DNA of 63,709 nucleotides, filler included, from Lenisia limosa (lineage: Eukaryota > Protista > Breviatea): NCBI GenBank assembly GCA_001655205.1. It is 11 parts of 11 records of this genome, joined end to end, with 100 filler letters (N's around TTAATTAATTAA, not from the genome) between each part and the next. Parts side by side here need not be neighbours in the genome. Positions count along the whole stretch, not along the records: positions 54,856 to 62,423 come from LPNZ01005869.1; positions 62,524 to 63,709 come from LPNZ01005818.1; 9 more parts are not named here. The stretch is one strand, 5' to 3'. Made by a program: the position numbers and the translations under genes. Positions 62,304 through 63,709 of the stretch are shown in pieces. Position 1 is the stretch's first letter, and each line of letters begins with the position of its first letter. The notes beneath the pieces were generated by a model. It did no database searches. It worked only from the letters and a program-made list of their open reading frames with translations, and was not told the origin of the DNA.

Positions 62304-63527
62304 CACGCTATTCCTTACCCCTTATGCGCGCCCCCACTCCTCTCCACACATATCCCCCACCCCCGCAATGGAATTTGGTTTTTTTATTTATACATTTTGT
62401 TCATACATTTTCCAATTTGAAATNNNNNNNNNNNNNNNNNNNNNNNNNNNNNNNNNNNNNNNNNNNNTTAATTAATTAANNNNNNNNNNNNNNNNNNNNN
62501 NNNNNNNNNNNNNNNNNNNNNNNGTTAGAACTTCGGGAACTGGCGCTGGAGGACGTTATGGATGACACGTGGGGAAAATTGGAAAATTTATGAAATAAAA
62601 ACAAAACAACTCTGTTGGCTAGCAACACACGCTAGATTCCTTTCCCCCACAGTCGCTAAAGGGCCATTTAGAGGGCATTGCTCGGAACTTATTAAAGTTC
62701 TTTAGTGTATAAGTCTGTTGAGGGGGTGCGCTGAACTCTGTCTATTGGGGTAAGGGGTGGGGGGTAGAACGGAAAATTTGAGAGAAAAAAAAAAGCCCAA
62801 ATCAACTTTGTTGGCTGACAAGACACAAGGGTTGAGGGAGGGCACAAAGAGAGGGTAATTTCGACACAACTTGGTGGAAATGTTTAATTTTTTGGAATAA
62901 ATGCGGTGAGAGGCAAAAGAAAATGGCAACTATTGAATTTGAGCAATATAAGGGTTAGTTACAGTGGAAAATGAGAAAAGCAACATACTTTCAGATATTT
63001 GAATAATGTAGAGTTGTAAACTAACCTTTCCCAGTTCTTTGAATGTAACGGTTCGCGAAAAGACAGCTATCTGACCAGGTAAAAATAAAGGAGGGGGGAT
63101 TTCGTCGAAGTACTATTGGCATATGCGAATAGTCTGAATAAAGAGGGAAGAAGAGAAAAAAGACGACAAGAAGAAAGGGAAAGAAGAGAAAACGAGAGAA
63201 AACGAGAGGGACAGAAGATGAAGGAAGACGGAAGAATGAACCACTGGAAGATGGAAAAAAGAAGAAGAAGAAGGGTGACAGAAGGAAAGCAAGATCAGAC
63301 CTGCAGTTGCGAGTTGCCGCCGACACTGGTGAGGGAAGTGTATGGGATGCAGATACCCTGAGTTGCTGAGGCAATAGATTCCAATAGACCTGGGGGGGGG
63401 GGGGNNNNNNNNNNNNNNNNNNNNNNNNNNNNNNNNNNNNNNNNNNNNNNNNNNNNNNNNNNNNNNNNNNNNNNNNNNNNNNNNNNNNNNNNNNNNNNNN
63501 NNNNNNNNNCGAATAATCTGAAACTCC

Positions 63528-63652
63528 GTAAAATTGGAAAATTTATGAAGCAAGCCCAAAATCAACTCTGTTGGCTGACAACACACGAGGGTTGATAACA
63601 ACACAAACAAAGTCCAGGCCAGTCACTTCTACAGCGACGCATCCCATCAAAG
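63528..63652 (+). repeat. Interspersed repeat family D (non-palindromic)
   Basis: AAATTTATG..AGCCCAAAATCAACTCTGTTGGCTGACAACACACGAGGGTTGATAAC..AAAGCCCAGG. Copies at ~4186, 4300, 5075, 26490 (reversed), 30250, 34674, 36200, 62570, 62790 and 63528. Confidence 0.85.
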
Positions 63653-63709
63653 GGAGGGGGGGTGATGAACCAAACCGCTCCATAACTATTGCCGATATTC
63701 CAGTGGTAG

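Overview
Eukaryotic, AT-rich, very intron-rich nuclear DNA from an unidentified flagellated protist-like organism. It uses the standard code and GT-AG introns. The window is not continuous. Ten artificial 100-bp linkers (44 N + TTAATTAATTAA + 44 N) split it into 11 pieces, and several genes break off at these linkers. All gene models were spliced by hand. Recognisable genes are IFT88 (partial), IFT20, IFT54/TRAF3IP1 (partial), ROPN1L/RSP11 (partial), a FAM13-type RhoGAP, a WDFY3/LvsA-type BEACH protein (partial), an ALG3-like mannosyltransferase (partial), an AAAP/SLC36-like amino acid transporter, a C-terminal RING protein, a one-exon-per-repeat ankyrin array and several unidentified multi-exon genes. 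Mobile DNA is dense: at least two decayed intron-containing Crypton-type tyrosine recombinase (YR) genes (one spliced behind a second, Cre/DIRS-like YR remnant), roughly 40 short TA-flanked MITE copies of two main families, a larger TIR element and several unclassified repeats. The strongest leads are (1) the apparent two-YR element, (2) four ciliary genes, three of them IFT-B subunits, in one window, (3) a class of 22-25 nt GTT..AG micro-introns alongside normal introns, and (4) the ankyrin exon-cassette array with variation concentrated on the binding face.
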